Part shown: positions 12,313 to 24,593 of the stretch, in pieces
Numbering within the stretch: position 1 is the stretch's first letter
Layout: each line of letters starts with the position of its first letter
Origin: Naegleria gruberi
Taxonomy: Eukaryota
Length of the DNA stretch: 64,000 nucleotides
Assembly (NCBI GenBank): GCA_000004985.1
Contig: GG738875.1
Strand: one strand, 5' to 3'
The notes under the pieces: generated by a model
The model's input: only the letters and a program-made list of their open reading frames with translations
Databases searched by the model: none
Told to the model about the DNA's origin: nothing
Position numbers and translations under genes: made by a program

Positions 12313-13347
12313 TCATTTTTTAAGACTATCCAAGTAGGCATAGTAATCTGAAAATTCCCAGTAAAAGTAATCTCCACCATCTAGGAATGACGTATCAGAG
12401 TTTATGCTCAACTTCCAACTATCCTCTTCTAAATCAACCTTACTCAATCCACAAATTCCAGCCTTTACATTATGTCTATCTGCTTCTGGAAGAATTACTT
12501 CAATTTCTTTAATGACACTTGCTGCATGTGAAACTAGTAACACAAGAGTATTTTCATCACTCTCATCTTTTACAAAATTCCAAACATTATCCATAGCAAC
12601 CTTTGCTCGTTGTTCCAAATCCTCAACTGTTTCAATTGGTTTTTCATCTAGAAAATATTTAAAAGGATTACCATCTTTTGAAATGTAGGTGGTTTCGAAT
12701 TGTTTTCCTGTTATATATTCTCCTTGTTGAGAAATATTATTAGCTCTCGAAAATAATTCTTTAAATTGAGTTGAACTGGTTATTTCTTCCAAAGGTTGAG
12801 GTATATTCTCAATAGTAAATGACTTTTTCTCTCCAAACCATTCAGAAATTCCATATTCAACATATAGTTCATATTCTGCCTCCTTTTGAAAATCTCCATG
12901 ATTAGTATGTATTTCATTAACTCCTTTCAAAATGTATTGTGTAGTTTCCAAACATCTTCTATAAGGTGATGTAAATACTATTAATCTCTTCACTCCTCCA
13001 TTCAATTGATTATCCTTTCCAATATTAGCATTATCACAACAAGTCGATAATGATTCATTGTTTTTAATCAAAAAATTACAAGCCAAATGCTTTCCGAGTC
13101 TGAAAGCCAAATCAAATCCTCTACTTGATAATGATGGATTATGTAATGTATTTCCCTCAATTGTTATCCATTGATTAAATTCATCAGATCCTCTAATAAA
13201 ATCTATTTAAATTCATGATCAACACCATAACAACAACCATTCAATACATATTACAATAATTCCGATGATCATTAATACTATTATTATAAAATACAATCAA
13301 TACAAACCAATTCTTTCGCCATGTCTTGTAATGAAGAGTTGTTTCAT
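12313..13347 (-). CDS. histidine phosphatase, phosphoglycerate-mutase superfamily; two exons, approximately complement(13308..13347) and complement(12313..13190)
   Basis: A 40-nt first exon encodes MKQLFITRHGERIG and carries the catalytic RHGE motif, followed by a gtttgt donor. A 117-nt intron ends at tttattagag. Exon 2 continues SDEFNQW...NPSLSSRGFDLAFRLGKHL and includes LLVSHAASV, the second catalytic His region. The ORF-track entry 12313..13110 lacks the RHG exon. Confidence 0.65.
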
Positions 13348-13527
13348 TTTTTTCAATCAATATTATGGCTACACTGCATTGAAATGAAATACATTATGAA
13401 ATTGAACTGTTTTAATGCATTGGATAATGATGAGAATAAATTATGAACAACAATAGTAGAAAAGGGATCATTGTGAAACAAATAGTAGCAATATATAGTA
13501 GAAAAAACAAAATGGTTCAACATTTCT

Positions 13528-14727
13528 TTAATCAGCAGTAAAGACACAAATTTTACCATCCTCACCTGCAGTCATTAATGTAGTTGGATTTAAAACCTTA
13601 ACAGTTCTAATCAAGGAATCTTGAGAGTGACCACCTTTCATGACAGCAATCAATTCTTGACTCTTCAAAGAATCAGTCATCTTGAAAACATAGACAGCAC
13701 CCAATGAGCTAGCATGTAGCATGACACTATCATCACCAACAGAACCAGTTACTTCAATGAATGATAAATTATCTTGAGCATTCATATCCAAAAGTTCAGT
13801 ATAAGTTTGACTATATTGTCTAAAGTTGTGCCATTCCTCTTCACGTTTCATTACTCTATAATCAGCATATTCATCTTCTGTAGCATCATAAAGCCAAAAG
13901 TGAAGGTGATTAGTACTAGAGAGAGCATATAAACAATTGGTTGTTCCCAAAAATCCAAATCTTTCAACAGAATCCTCAATATTCAAGACACCATCAAGTG
14001 AATCTTCCAATTCTTCATAAACTTGTTTTTGATTAGACTCGGAAATATCATAAATATGTATCAGACCATCATCAGCACAAGAGTACAACATGTTATTGGA
14101 ACCAAATGAAACTTGATTAATGCAATCACTGTGAATTTCTTCCATCATTAAATAGGAAGACAATGGTGGATTCTTACGTAAATCACCAACAGCAATTGAA
14201 CCAGCTTGTGTGGTAGAACCACTTCCGACAGCATACAAGTGTCCATTACCAAAGGAAAGATCAATGGAATTTAATTGTGGAGCAAGTGGAGTAAATTGGA
14301 AAGATTGTGTACTCACACAACAAGATTGATCAGGCAATCTCAAATCCCACAAACGAACAGAGGAATCATGAGAGCAGGAAATTAACATATTTTCATTGGT
14401 TTTAGAGAAGGAAAGTCCACTGATTTGATTGCTGTGTCCCTTCAGGGTTCTGGTGTGAAGAATTTGTGGTGCTTGAATTTCATGAATTAAAATATCCGAA
14501 TTGGAGTGAGTAAAACTAAATGTTTTAAATCCTGTAAGAGGTGAAAATTGAATGTTGTAAATGTAGGTTGGTGTTTGGAATGGAGAGAGGTTGATTCTCA
14601 AATTGAGAGCAGGTGGAGAGGCATCTGTTGGTTGTTGTGTTGAGAGCATTTTTTTAAAACTGGGCAACTTTTTGTAAGCTTCAACAATATTAGAGAAGAT
14701 TGGTTCCGATTTTCTATCTGTCTCCAA
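13528..14727 (-). CDS. WD40-repeat protein
   Basis: 399-aa ORF with several WD-like units (SCSHDSSVRLWDL, LYSCADDGLIHIYDI, TAGEDGKICVFTAD). Confidence 0.55.
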   Translation of the reverse strand: METDRKSEPIFSNIVEAYKKLPSFKKMLSTQQPTDASPPALNLRINLSPFQTPTYIYNIQFSPLTGFKTFSFTHSNSDILIHEIQAPQILHTRTLKGHSNQISGLSFSKTNENMLISCSHDSSVRLWDLRLPDQSCCVSTQSFQFTPLAPQLNSIDLSFGNGHLYAVGSGSTTQAGSIAVGDLRKNPPLSSYLMMEEIHSDCINQVSFGSNNMLYSCADDGLIHIYDISESNQKQVYEELEDSLDGVLNIEDSVERFGFLGTTNCLYALSSTNHLHFWLYDATEDEYADYRVMKREEEWHNFRQYSQTYTELLDMNAQDNLSFIEVTGSVGDDSVMLHASSLGAVYVFKMTDSLKSQELIAVMKGGHSQDSLIRTVKVLNPTTLMTAGEDGKICVFTAD

Positions 14728-14878
14728 TGCAATTGATATTAGCTTGCAGAATTTCTATTACCTATGTATCCATTAACAACTAAAATCTTGACATAATCTT
14801 GTAAGTGTGGTATTTGAAGAAAAAGAATAAATATTATTTTTTAGAATTTTATATTTTAATGTAAAAATGGAGGGCAAT

Positions 14879-15211
14879 TTACTTCTTTTCAGCTTGCTTG
14901 GTTTGTTCAGCAATTCTTTCTTGTTGTCTCTTTCTGATTCTTCTCTTGAGATCTTCAATAGCTCTGATCTTTTTCTTGGCACGAGTAAGATCACCGAGTC
15001 TTCTCTTGGCGAATCTCAAAGCTCTCTTTTCAGAAACTTCAACGAGATCGACGAGTCTAGCTTCGTATGGGGCAACACCGATGGCTTCTTCGACGATATC
15101 CTTGACAACTCTGTGCTTGGATGGCTTTTGGGTCTTGGTGACCTTAGCTCTCTTGGTGGTTGGGAAACCCTTTCTACCAATTCTACCAACGGAAATTCCT
15201 GTAGCGACCAT
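14879..15211 (-). CDS. 60S ribosomal protein L36 (eL36)
   Basis: 110-aa basic protein (MVATGISVGRIGRKGFPTTKRAKVTKTQKPSKHRVVKDIVEEAIGVAPYEARLVDLVEVSEKRALRFAKRRLGDLTRAKKKIRAIEDL...) that matches the eL36 family along its full length. Confidence 0.85.
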   Translation of the reverse strand: MVATGISVGRIGRKGFPTTKRAKVTKTQKPSKHRVVKDIVEEAIGVAPYEARLVDLVEVSEKRALRFAKRRLGDLTRAKKKIRAIEDLKRRIRKRQQERIAEQTKQAEKK

Positions 15212-15855
15212 TATATGATGTATTTTTTTTCAACAAAACTTTTTAAATTTTTGCGGTTAACCACCAAGTCTAGAGTTTACAACCAATATTTTTACATGCT
15301 AAATTTTGCTCTCACAACAAGAAAAGAATGGTGTGAGCGGATATCATCTGGTGGCTTCGTTCGCTTGCTGAAAAAGCTCATCAATTATTGGCACTCTTCG
15401 CCTTGTCTTTAATAATACGGAAAGAATTCATCTCCTGATAGTGAATTAACTCGAAAATTACTACTAACTCAATTCAAGAAGATCGATCAATGAGAGTCAA
15501 ATGTACAATAATAATTCATGCTAAGAAGCTTCTTCAATGAGCAAGAAGTTATATTATCGTGATGTTATCATGTACATCATTTATTATAATAACGTACAAC
15601 AATATTACACAATTCTCACTTTCATCAACATCAACACCATCAATGGTTTCTTCTCATCATCACCACACAATAACAACGAATACTTTCCGCATCATCATTA
15701 ATAATCCTCCTCCGACATGCTTAATTCCTTCCTCGTGTGTCGATACACAAACGGTCTTTAGAATAATAATAACCATCACATCTATTATTGTGTAGGCGCA
15801 TAATTTAGAAAAAAACAAATTAATTCTTTCCCTTCAGCATTATCAAAACATCACA

Positions 15856-16968
15856 ATGACATTGGTTGAAGCTGTTCATCTTGACAATCATGGAGAAAAT
15901 AATAGTATTATGAATACGATTAGTTATCATACTATTGATGCAATATTTGGACTGTATGGTTCTAATAATTCTTTCAGATATACTGTTCATCCTCATAATA
16001 CCTCTTCTCCACCTCATAACTTTCCTCTCATTATGGGAAGTGAGGAGCCAGCACCATTTAGAAGAGTTAATTGGTCTATTCATGATACTATTACCATGTT
16101 AACAATGGCCATTGTTATATTCATGACAAGGAAAATATTATATGAGAAAGTCCTCAATCCAATGATGAGAAATAACAGATTTAATGTTATTGCACCACTT
16201 ACTAGAGCCAGATTCAAGGAGAATGTTTGGTTCTTTTCCTACTACTTGTTTGCAACAATTCTAGGTTATTCAATTTTGAGTGAAACCTCATGGTTTAATA
16301 ATGCATCATTTTGTGTGTTGGAGTATCCACATGGTCATACTGGATACGAAACACCTTACTTTAGATATTACATGTTGATGGGATGTGCTTTTTATGTGCA
16401 AGCTCTCTTTACTTTACTGTTTGTGGATGAAAAATTGTCAGACTTTTTGGAAATGGTAGTACATCACATTGCAACAATCATGTTAATTTCCTTCTGTTTA
16501 ACTTCTAGTCATCATCGTGTTGGAAGTATAGTATTGATTTTACATGATTTTGTAGATATTTTCCTCTATGGAGCTAAAGCTTTCCATCACTTGAAAAACG
16601 AAACCATGTCAACAGTTCTCTTTATTGCCTTTACACTTGCCTTCTTTTGCATGAGATTGGTTCTCTTACCTTACATTATTTATTTGGCAGCTGCCAATTT
16701 TCATGGATGGGACGATCCTTCAAGATATTACATTTTCCGATATGTTTCAGACTCTATCTTTCCAGCTGAAGTTAGTGATTATGGATGTTGTATTCTGAAA
16801 TATTGTGCAAGCACTTACTGGTTATTAATTGTATTGTTATGTTTATTGGTTTTGTTGCATGTATTTTGGTTTTATTTGGTTTTGAGAATATTGGTAAGGA
16901 CTATTAGAGGTACTACATTGGCTGACATTCGTGAGGATGATGGAGAGGGACATGAACATCAGGATTAA
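15856..16968 (+). CDS. TLC-domain protein, LAG1/ceramide-synthase-like
   Basis: Multi-pass membrane protein carrying the Lag1p motif region VVHHIATIMLISFCLTSSHHRVGSIVLILHDFVDIFLYGAKAF. Confidence 0.65.
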   Translation: MTLVEAVHLDNHGENNSIMNTISYHTIDAIFGLYGSNNSFRYTVHPHNTSSPPHNFPLIMGSEEPAPFRRVNWSIHDTITMLTMAIVIFMTRKILYEKVLNPMMRNNRFNVIAPLTRARFKENVWFFSYYLFATILGYSILSETSWFNNASFCVLEYPHGHTGYETPYFRYYMLMGCAFYVQALFTLLFVDEKLSDFLEMVVHHIATIMLISFCLTSSHHRVGSIVLILHDFVDIFLYGAKAFHHLKNETMSTVLFIAFTLAFFCMRLVLLPYIIYLAAANFHGWDDPSRYYIFRYVSDSIFPAEVSDYGCCILKYCASTYWLLIVLLCLLVLLHVFWFYLVLRILVRTIRGTTLADIREDDGEGHEHQD

Positions 16969-17080
16969 ATGGATTTTGTTCATTAAAATTCATTGTTTAT
17001 TAATCCCAACTCCTCTTCGCACATTTAACAAAATGGCAGAAACCCTGTTGACTTTACCTTCTTTAGATTAGAGAATGTAA

Positions 17081-17161
17081 GTTGAGGTGGCCGAGTGGTT
17101 AAGGCGCCAGCCTGCTAAGTTGGTGGAGTAATCCGCGTGGGTTCGAATCCCATCCTCAACG
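17081..17161 (+). tRNA. tRNA-Ser (anticodon GCU)
   Basis: GTTGAGGTGGCCGAGTGGTTAAGGCGCCAGCCTGCTAAGTTGG...GGTTCGAATCCCATCCTCAACG. Anticodon loop is CTGCTAA, there is a long variable arm typical of type II tRNAs, and a GTGGNNTAAGGC D-loop. A T-rich stretch lies downstream. Confidence 0.9.
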
Positions 17162-17467
17162 TTTTCTTCTAGTAACTTTTTTTGAAAATTCACAATATAA
17201 AGGACATTCATCATTCTGTCTGTAAATTTAATTATTAAAAAATATACATTCAAACTGATCAACTAGTTCATCTTACTTGATATGTTTATCATGATAAACA
17301 CATGTTGCATGGTGGAGAGAAGGTCTTTAAGGGTGTGAAGTATATTATGAGATCAGATATAATGTATTCGAAACGTGAAGAATTAAAATACTAATTTCTT
17401 CTCTTGAATAATGATAAACTTGACAAACTATTCGAATCATAGTATTGAATATTCCAATAAAACTAAT

Positions 17468-18025
17468 TTACTTTCTATTCTTTTTACAATAAACTGGAAT
17501 ATCAAACAAATTCTTATTTTGATTTCCTGCCTTAAAAGTTCCAGAAATGAAATTCCACACAAAAAAGTCACTTTCATTAACCTTAACAGGAGTTCCATCA
17601 GTTTCATCTTCCCAATAAGTAGAAGTCAATCTCTTCCACACTCTACAATTAACTCCATTTACAACTTGATTTCCAGCAAATGTTGCATTTTGTAACCAAT
17701 TATATGGAAGTGGATTGAAACCCAACTCAACAACATTGCACGTATTATTATGTGGATAGAATGAATATTGAGTGAAACCTGCATGGATTTGGATGAGTAA
17801 TGGTTCGTTGAAGAATTGGATTTCAATTCTTTCGGCTTTTAATTGATAGGAATTGAAGATACGATAGGTGGCAAGTTTGGAAGGATTGGTATCGACAAAA
17901 CCACCTGAATTTTGATAGGCAAGGGTTGACCATTCGTATGGCCAAATTGGTCCTGTTTGGAAAGATGATGAAATAAACAAGACGAAAGTTAAACTAAAGA
18001 GAAGGAATGTGACGAGTTTGATCAT
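17468..18025 (-). CDS. secreted hypothetical protein with an N-terminal signal peptide
   Basis: MIKLVTFLLFSLTFVLFISSSFQ is a signal peptide, followed by a Cys-containing domain. An upstream in-frame ATG at 18091 would add 22 residues, so the start is uncertain. Confidence 0.45.
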   Translation of the reverse strand: MIKLVTFLLFSLTFVLFISSSFQTGPIWPYEWSTLAYQNSGGFVDTNPSKLATYRIFNSYQLKAERIEIQFFNEPLLIQIHAGFTQYSFYPHNNTCNVVELGFNPLPYNWLQNATFAGNQVVNGVNCRVWKRLTSTYWEDETDGTPVKVNESDFFVWNFISGTFKAGNQNKNLFDIPVYCKKNRK

Positions 18026-18564
18026 GGTGTTTGCTATTTTTTTTTTGAATCTTGTTTTGTTTGATTCGCGTGTTAATTGATAACGAATCATGGTTGATAC
18101 GGAGATAATACGGGCGGTCTTTGGAGTTGATTGATGCTCAACTTCGGAGATGATAATGAAAATTCCAAAGACAAATTCACTGTTTCTGCAATGTAGCTCA
18201 ACAACATTTATTACAACAGAAAAGATGACAATATGATATTATGCCACGTTTTGAGAATCAATAGTTAGATTGATTACACTAGATTACACAATTTCATTTT
18301 TTTATTTTTATATGACACTTCAAATTGATGTAATGTTTTTGATGCAATATTTTTGAAATACACGCACTGAAAACCTTCAATTCATTGTTGCATTTTCAAT
18401 ATACATGTGAAACAAATAGTTCAATGTGTAAATACCCAACTTGTTTTTTTTGGAAATTCACTTTATTCATTTTGTTTCTTTTGTGAAATGCTGTATTTTC
18501 GGTTTGTCCGTTCCAATATAAAAGGATCAAAGTTTTTGACTCAATCTAAACAACACTAAAGAAA

Positions 18565-19044
18565 ATGATGCAAGGTATTAAAAATTTGATATCATCTTCA
18601 AGCAGTAGTTCAAGCTCCTCACCTCCTCCAGCAGGAATGCACCAAGCAGAGCAAAACATTAGCGACCTTCATTCCACTTACAATGCCAATGTTCAATCTG
18701 TACAAAGTGGATCACGACCTGGTCATAGTAGTAGTGGCAGCAGTGCACCTTTTGATCACCATGCTGTTGAAGTTACCGCTAACGGCAGAACCTTCCAAGT
18801 AGAGAAAGGCCCTGGTTATGGAACAGAAGGTGGTGATACCATTGTAAAATCGTCCAATATGCAAAATCCAAACTCTGGATGGAAAATGGAGGGTGAAAAG
18901 CAATCAGTTCAGGGAGCAAATGTTGGAGATTTTGTTAAGGCAGGAGGAACTGACTATAAACTTCCAGGAGATACCTGTATTCAAGCTAAGGATAGAATGA
19001 TGAATGTTGGTAAAGAAGATACAACTAGTAGTGACGCCAAGTAA
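18565..19044 (+). CDS. hypothetical S/G-rich protein
   Basis: 159-aa ORF starting at ATG, with a poly-Ser tract. No known motif. Confidence 0.3.
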   Translation: MMQGIKNLISSSSSSSSSSPPPAGMHQAEQNISDLHSTYNANVQSVQSGSRPGHSSSGSSAPFDHHAVEVTANGRTFQVEKGPGYGTEGGDTIVKSSNMQNPNSGWKMEGEKQSVQGANVGDFVKAGGTDYKLPGDTCIQAKDRMMNVGKEDTTSSDAK

Positions 19045-19387
19045 TCTCAATATATATCCTCAATAAATCTATATATATGTAAAACAATCAATATTATTTG
19101 ATTTGTAATAAACACAAATCTATAACATGATTACTGGTGTAATATCATGATCATGATTCTGTCTTTTGTGGTGGAAGTGTTTGCAGTTTCCCTCATTGAC
19201 ACAATTATTCAAAAAAGTGGATGAAAAAAGACCAGATTATTTCACCTTGAAGAATTCCAAGTTTGAATTGTCCAAATTAAGACAAATTTACAGCAAAATT
19301 CCTTTGCCTTAAACAATTTTAACAACAAGGAAATTAAAATTCCTCATCTTTATCAACTCGGGTTAAAAAAACAACAGAAAACAACAT

Positions 19388-20824
19388 ATGGTCAAGACAT
19401 TGCTCTCTGCTGCTGCTTGTGTTTTGTTCTTCATCACTACGACTGCTTGCATGGTTAGTGCCATTGCACTTCCTTCTATCCCAGTCAGCACACGAATTTA
19501 TATTGGTAAGTATATAGAGAAAAGGATATATAATATATTACTAACTAATTTATTCAATGTCATCATCATGATCATCATTAAATTTGTGTCATGATTGTTT
19601 GCACCAGGTGGTTCTTTCACTACCTTGAACGATACAAGATATAATAATGTTGCCTACTATGATTTGAAGGAAAAATCCTTTAAGGCCATGGAAAATGGTA
19701 CTAATGATGAAGTTAAGGTTCTTACTACTGATTCATATGGTAATGTTTATATTGGTGGTGCTTTCACTCAATTGGGAACCAAAAAGAGTGGTCCACTTGC
19801 TGTCTGGAATGTTTATCACTCTAAATGGGTTGATACTGGTCTTTCTTCATCAGATTTCACTCCTGGATCTGTGGTTACTGCCATCAGTACTGAATGTACA
19901 AACTCATATGATTTTGATTCGACACAAGGTCTTTTTCCTTGTGATATTTATATTGCTGGTAATTTCAAAGCTTCTGTCTCTGGTAGTAATGCAACAAACA
20001 TCTTGTACTATCACCACAAGAATAAGAAATGGGAAACACAAGCAACCTTGAATGCAACCTATATAACAGTTATTTCCAAGGTTGTCAATAACAATATGGT
20101 ATTTTATGGTGGTAAATTCCATGATGCCAATGGTAAAGAGTATGGTCTTGCCATGTATGACACTTCAAGTAGTTCGTGGATTATGATTGATGGTGTCAGT
20201 GGTGTTACTGATATCTATTATAATTCACATATTTACAGCTCAGATAACATGTTTATTTCTGCTTCTATTTTCGCTTATTCTCAATGTAAGGGTATATGTA
20301 ACTTCAATCTAAGGGATGGATCTTGGACAACACGTTCTGGTATTATTTCCACAGGTTCAGTTAACAAGATTAGATACATTAATGGTTTGTCTGCCTCAAA
20401 TGTTGGTTCAATATTTGTTGGTGGAAGTTTCATGAGTGAATCCTCTGTTGGGAGACGTGATGGAACTGGCGAGTACAGTGCCATTAGTACTAACTATCCT
20501 AAAGAAACTGTTCTAGGTATGGATATTTGTGGTTTGAAAGCTTATGACGTTACTGGTTGCAAAGGTGGATCAGTAGCTGTTGTTGGACAAAACTTCTTCA
20601 AGTTCTATGATGCTAATGATAACATGTGGAAGTCTCTCCTTTCTGAAAATGGGTTCGTATTGAACAGTATTAGTATTACCAATATTCCAGAAATGCCAAT
20701 ACCTTCACCAATACCCTCACCATTTCCAAGCAGTGTACAAGCTAAAATAAGCTCAAGTGAATGCAATAGTTTTAAGGTTCTTTTATTCATTACATTCCTT
20801 TTCATTTTTCATTTAATAAATTAA
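19388..20824 (+). CDS. secreted, probably GPI-anchored, beta-propeller (kelch/galactose-oxidase-like) protein; exons approximately 19388..19505 and 19608..20824
   Basis: Exon 1 encodes a signal peptide (MVKTLLSAAACVLFFITTTACMVSA) and ends ATT G|gtaagt. An intron of about 102 nt ends at tttgcaccag. Exon 2 has repeated Y.GG.F...W units (NVYIGGAFTQLG, MVFYGGKFHD, SIFVGGSFMSE). It has a Pro/Ser-rich stalk and a hydrophobic C-terminal tail consistent with a GPI signal. The ORF-track M at 19595 is a TTG. Confidence 0.5.
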
Positions 20825-21059
20825 ACCTATTCGACAAAGTTGCTGCCTCATGAACAATTCCAAATCAATACAAGATGAATAATGATGAATTGATTCGATT
20901 ATTGTGTACTTATTGTTTAAATTGTGGAATTATAAGGATCCATTCCCAAAAGAATTGGAAATGATTACAATGTAGTAATTGAAAAATCCTATTTCAATGA
21001 AGAGTGGTTGCACTTTCTCATATAATATATCAAATGATTACAATTTATCAAAAATTGGA

Positions 21060-22697
21060 TTAACATTTATTTAAAAAGTTGGCCAAAGTACCACGAAGAG
21101 CATTATTTGTTCGTGAATTTCCGTGCATCTGTCTCCACACACTGAGAGAGGCTGGAGCAGACTTGTCAACTTCAACTCTTTGAGGAATGGCCAATTGTTG
21201 CTTCCATTCGGCTACTTCAACACTCTTTGGGATGGCTTTGGAAAGAGATTCAACCTGCTTCTTGAGCATTGCATTTTCTTGCATAATTCTTTGATTTTCC
21301 AATTCCTTTTGGTGGAGTAAATTTAAAAGTTCTTCTTCGCGAGATGTAGACTTTTTCAACAAGTCTTGTTCCTCAATCTTCTTTGTTTCCAAAAGTTGTT
21401 GAATAGTTTTGAATGTCTCCTTTAAACTTGTAACTTCTTCAGTTCTTGCTTGGACAATCTTTTCCAAATCTGAACGCAATGAGAGTTCAGTTTGAAGAGC
21501 TGTTTGTTGTTCCTTTTGCACCAATTCTAATTTTGTTGCAAAATCCAATTCCTTTTCATTCAAAATACGTTTCCATGAAATTTCATCATGGTCATGTTGC
21601 TCCTTCAATTGGGTCTTCATTGATTCAATAATTGCCTCAAATTCAGCACTCTTCTTTTCCAATGATTGACGAAGTGGAGTAATTACACTAACTTCAATTT
21701 GATCCAATTCTTCTCTTGTCTTCTTCATTTTGGCCTTGAAGTGTTGAGTTCTATCAATCAAAATATCAATCTTCTTGGTGGAAGAAGTCTTGGATTCTTC
21801 CAATTGCTTTTCAAAATTGGTCTTTAATGAGACCAATTCTTCTTGAAGCTTGGAAAGCTGTTCCAATGCTGCATTGTGTTCTTCAGTCAAGGTTTGAACA
21901 CGTTTTTTCAACTTTTGATTGGACTTTTTCAATTTGACATTCGAAGTCTTGGCTTGATATTCCTCTTCTTCATCCAAAGAAGCAAGTTTAGCTTTTTGTG
22001 CACTCTGATAAGCTTCACTGCTACAATCATCAGAGGATGTAGATGAAGCCAAAGAGAGTGAGCTTCTTGGTGAGGTTAATGTTGTACTGTATTTTGAACG
22101 TGCAGAGAGGAGAATTACAGTAGCTCTATCTTCCAACTCCTCACAATCACTGAATACTTCTTGATCGGAGTTGTGTTTTCCTTTAAGGTCCTTAGGAGTG
22201 GAAGGAGATTTTTCAAGGGCAATTTGAGGAACAGCTGTTTCCTTAGTTTGTTTCTTCTTCTTTGGTGTATTCTTAGTCTTTGTTGAGGTAGTAGTTTGTG
22301 GAGATTTAACTGTTGTTGATGCATTATTACTAGTTGTGGTGGATGAAGACATTTGCAACTTTTCCTCCAGTGAAATAAGGTGAAGACCTGTTGGCTTTTT
22401 AGCAGCAAATGATGAAGTGGATGTATTGTTGTTATTATTGGTAGTTGTAGTAGTATATTGATTATGGCTCGATGTAGTGTTATTATTAGTCTTGTTATTA
22501 GTAGATGTGGAAGTAGATTTGTTCATTGGTAAAGTCTTCTTATTATTGACTTGATTCTTCTTCTCTTGAACAAATGCTGACTTGGCAAGGGAGGAAAGAG
22601 ATGTTTCGGCAAGGAAAGAGGCAGGAATTGTAAAAACTGGCTTATTTACATTGGTAGTAGTAGTAGAATTGGATGTTGTAGAATTTGTCTTTATCAT
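21060..22697 (-). CDS. coiled-coil protein with an S/T/N-rich N-terminus
   Basis: 545-aa ORF. The C-terminal 300 aa are heptad-rich (LEEL.SL..), and the N-terminus is low-complexity. Confidence 0.45.
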   Translation of the reverse strand: MIKTNSTTSNSTTTTNVNKPVFTIPASFLAETSLSSLAKSAFVQEKKNQVNNKKTLPMNKSTSTSTNNKTNNNTTSSHNQYTTTTTNNNNNTSTSSFAAKKPTGLHLISLEEKLQMSSSTTTSNNASTTVKSPQTTTSTKTKNTPKKKKQTKETAVPQIALEKSPSTPKDLKGKHNSDQEVFSDCEELEDRATVILLSARSKYSTTLTSPRSSLSLASSTSSDDCSSEAYQSAQKAKLASLDEEEEYQAKTSNVKLKKSNQKLKKRVQTLTEEHNAALEQLSKLQEELVSLKTNFEKQLEESKTSSTKKIDILIDRTQHFKAKMKKTREELDQIEVSVITPLRQSLEKKSAEFEAIIESMKTQLKEQHDHDEISWKRILNEKELDFATKLELVQKEQQTALQTELSLRSDLEKIVQARTEEVTSLKETFKTIQQLLETKKIEEQDLLKKSTSREEELLNLLHQKELENQRIMQENAMLKKQVESLSKAIPKSVEVAEWKQQLAIPQRVEVDKSAPASLSVWRQMHGNSRTNNALRGTLANFLNKC

Positions 22698-23136
22698 TTT
22701 CTCTATTGTTATGTGTTCTAATAAATTATATATGATACAATTATATGATTATATTCGCTCGGGATACTAAGTGTTATTGGTTTGTGTACAATTAAATTCT
22801 CTAAACAAGTTTTGCTATTCGTTTGTCTTGCTGTTTTGTGTTGTTGGTCAGAGAATCCTCAGAGTTTAGGAAGGATAATGATTTGGATTGTTTTTTTAAT
22901 GAAAAATGTTGTTCAGGATTCTCATCACAAACGTTTCACTATCAATTTGATAATAAAATTATTTTTATATTTTTAAAATGTGCAACGGCTGCGATTTGTC
23001 AGCTTTCGCACATAATGATCAATTGGCGCCAAAAAAAATTCTACAGTAAAATACAAAATTTGCTTCACCCTTGTTCCTTAATAATGCTTTGATTTTTTCA
23101 TTATCATCATCACTCGAATATGTATTAATATATTAA

Positions 23137-24283
23137 TTATTTATGATGAATATGAATTTCTGTTCGGGTTGAATTGAAATATTGCTGAGCAGATGAAAAA
23201 CCCTTATCAATCATATCACTAATTTCCTTAGCATTAAATCCGATGAAGTAACCTGGAAGCCAATGTTTAGGTAGGAAGGCTCTTATTTGCACATTTGGAT
23301 CGTCCTTGTAAATTAATCGAGCATTTTCCAAATCTCTCAACAAGATATCCATTGCAGAGTTATAAATTGTTTCTAATAGAATGAAAGGTGTGGTATTGAA
23401 TTCGAATAATTTCGGATAAGGAACTGAATTGATAGCTAGAATCACATCAATTGTAATCCTACCCTGAACCTTTTCATGGGGAGACAATCTGTCTCCATTG
23501 GATTTTAATGAAGTGTAATTATTGTAAACTTTCCTAGTGAGATTCTTACACTTTTCAATGGCATCACTTATTGGAGTCATGTATTTCATTCCACCATCAA
23601 CGTACAACTCTCCATCAATATCAACAGCTGGGAATATTCCAGGAATAGCTGAGGATGCAACAATTGCTCGAATCAAATCCTTTTTCGTTTTGACATTGTC
23701 ATTAGTAAAGACACGATATGAGAATTTTCTAAGATTTGAGGCACCAATTCGCCAATATCTATTCGAAGTTGGAATTGGGGATGTGTGGAGAAGTGTGGAA
23801 TCATTAATGTTTTGATATAGATATTGGTAGAGAGGAGCAGTGTTGAATAGTCCTGATTCGTATAGGAAACCTTGTGCTAATCCGAATGGTTTCCACTCTG
23901 TGTATACATCTGAGGATTTGATGGAATGCCACTTGTCCAGAATGAATTGAATGGCATCTTTCTCTTTTCCTATTGGAAATTGAGCGAAAGAAAGAGCATT
24001 AATTGAACCACATGAATTTCCAGTTACTACATTATACTGAGTTTCTTCTTTCGGCCTATTTTCTACCAAATATTTCAAAACACCAACTGTTTGCATTTTC
24101 CATGCATCAGAATAGATTCGAATAAGTTTAAATTGTAAAATTTAGACAATGCTTACTCTCAAACGATCCTCTATCACCTCCTGATCCCAATGCAATTGCT
24201 CTACAATGATCCAAAACTTGAGAATGGGACACATTTATCAATAGAACCAAAAACACAACAAGTAATGGAATTAATCTTTGCAT
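23137..24283 (-). CDS. patatin-like phospholipase with a signal peptide; exons approximately complement(24157..24283) and complement(23137..24086)
   Basis: The upstream exon encodes MQRLIPLLVVFLVLLINVSHS-QVLDHCRAIALGSGGDRGSFE, a signal peptide plus the patatin Gly-rich oxyanion loop, and ends GAG A|gtaagc. A 70-nt intron follows. Exon 2 reads IGVLKYLVE...VTGNSCGSINAL (GxSxG nucleophile elbow) ...VDGGM (catalytic Asp). Confidence 0.7.
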
Positions 24284-24593
24284 TTTTTTGATTTTTTCAT
24301 CAAGAGAGCAACTTTCTTAATTTGAACAATTTCCAATAATGAAACTTGTGATATTAAGAATTTGAGAAATGTGAAGATCAGAAACAATGGATCTATTTTA
24401 CAACAATAATTGCTCTTTGTTATTCGGTTCCTGTTGACAATCCTAGATTTCTATAGAAATGAAAATTTCTCGACATGCATTTCGGATATTTATTTTTTAT
24501 TATTTTGAAAACAATCAAAATAGTTAATAGTTAATTCATTGTAAACTCAACAATTAAAAATTCACCAAATTTAGTCAATTGAAAATTTCCTAA

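Noticed and set aside
14898-15218. Antisense and overlapping ORFs (e.g. 14898..15218 opposite RPL36, 9732..10127 opposite AlaRS, 61804..62565 and 61210..61422 opposite the EGF gene, 31586..32448 opposite the helicase)
   Set aside because: They lie opposite strongly supported genes, have low-complexity or repeat-derived composition, and lack any motif. They are typical by-products of AT-rich codon usage and internal repeats.
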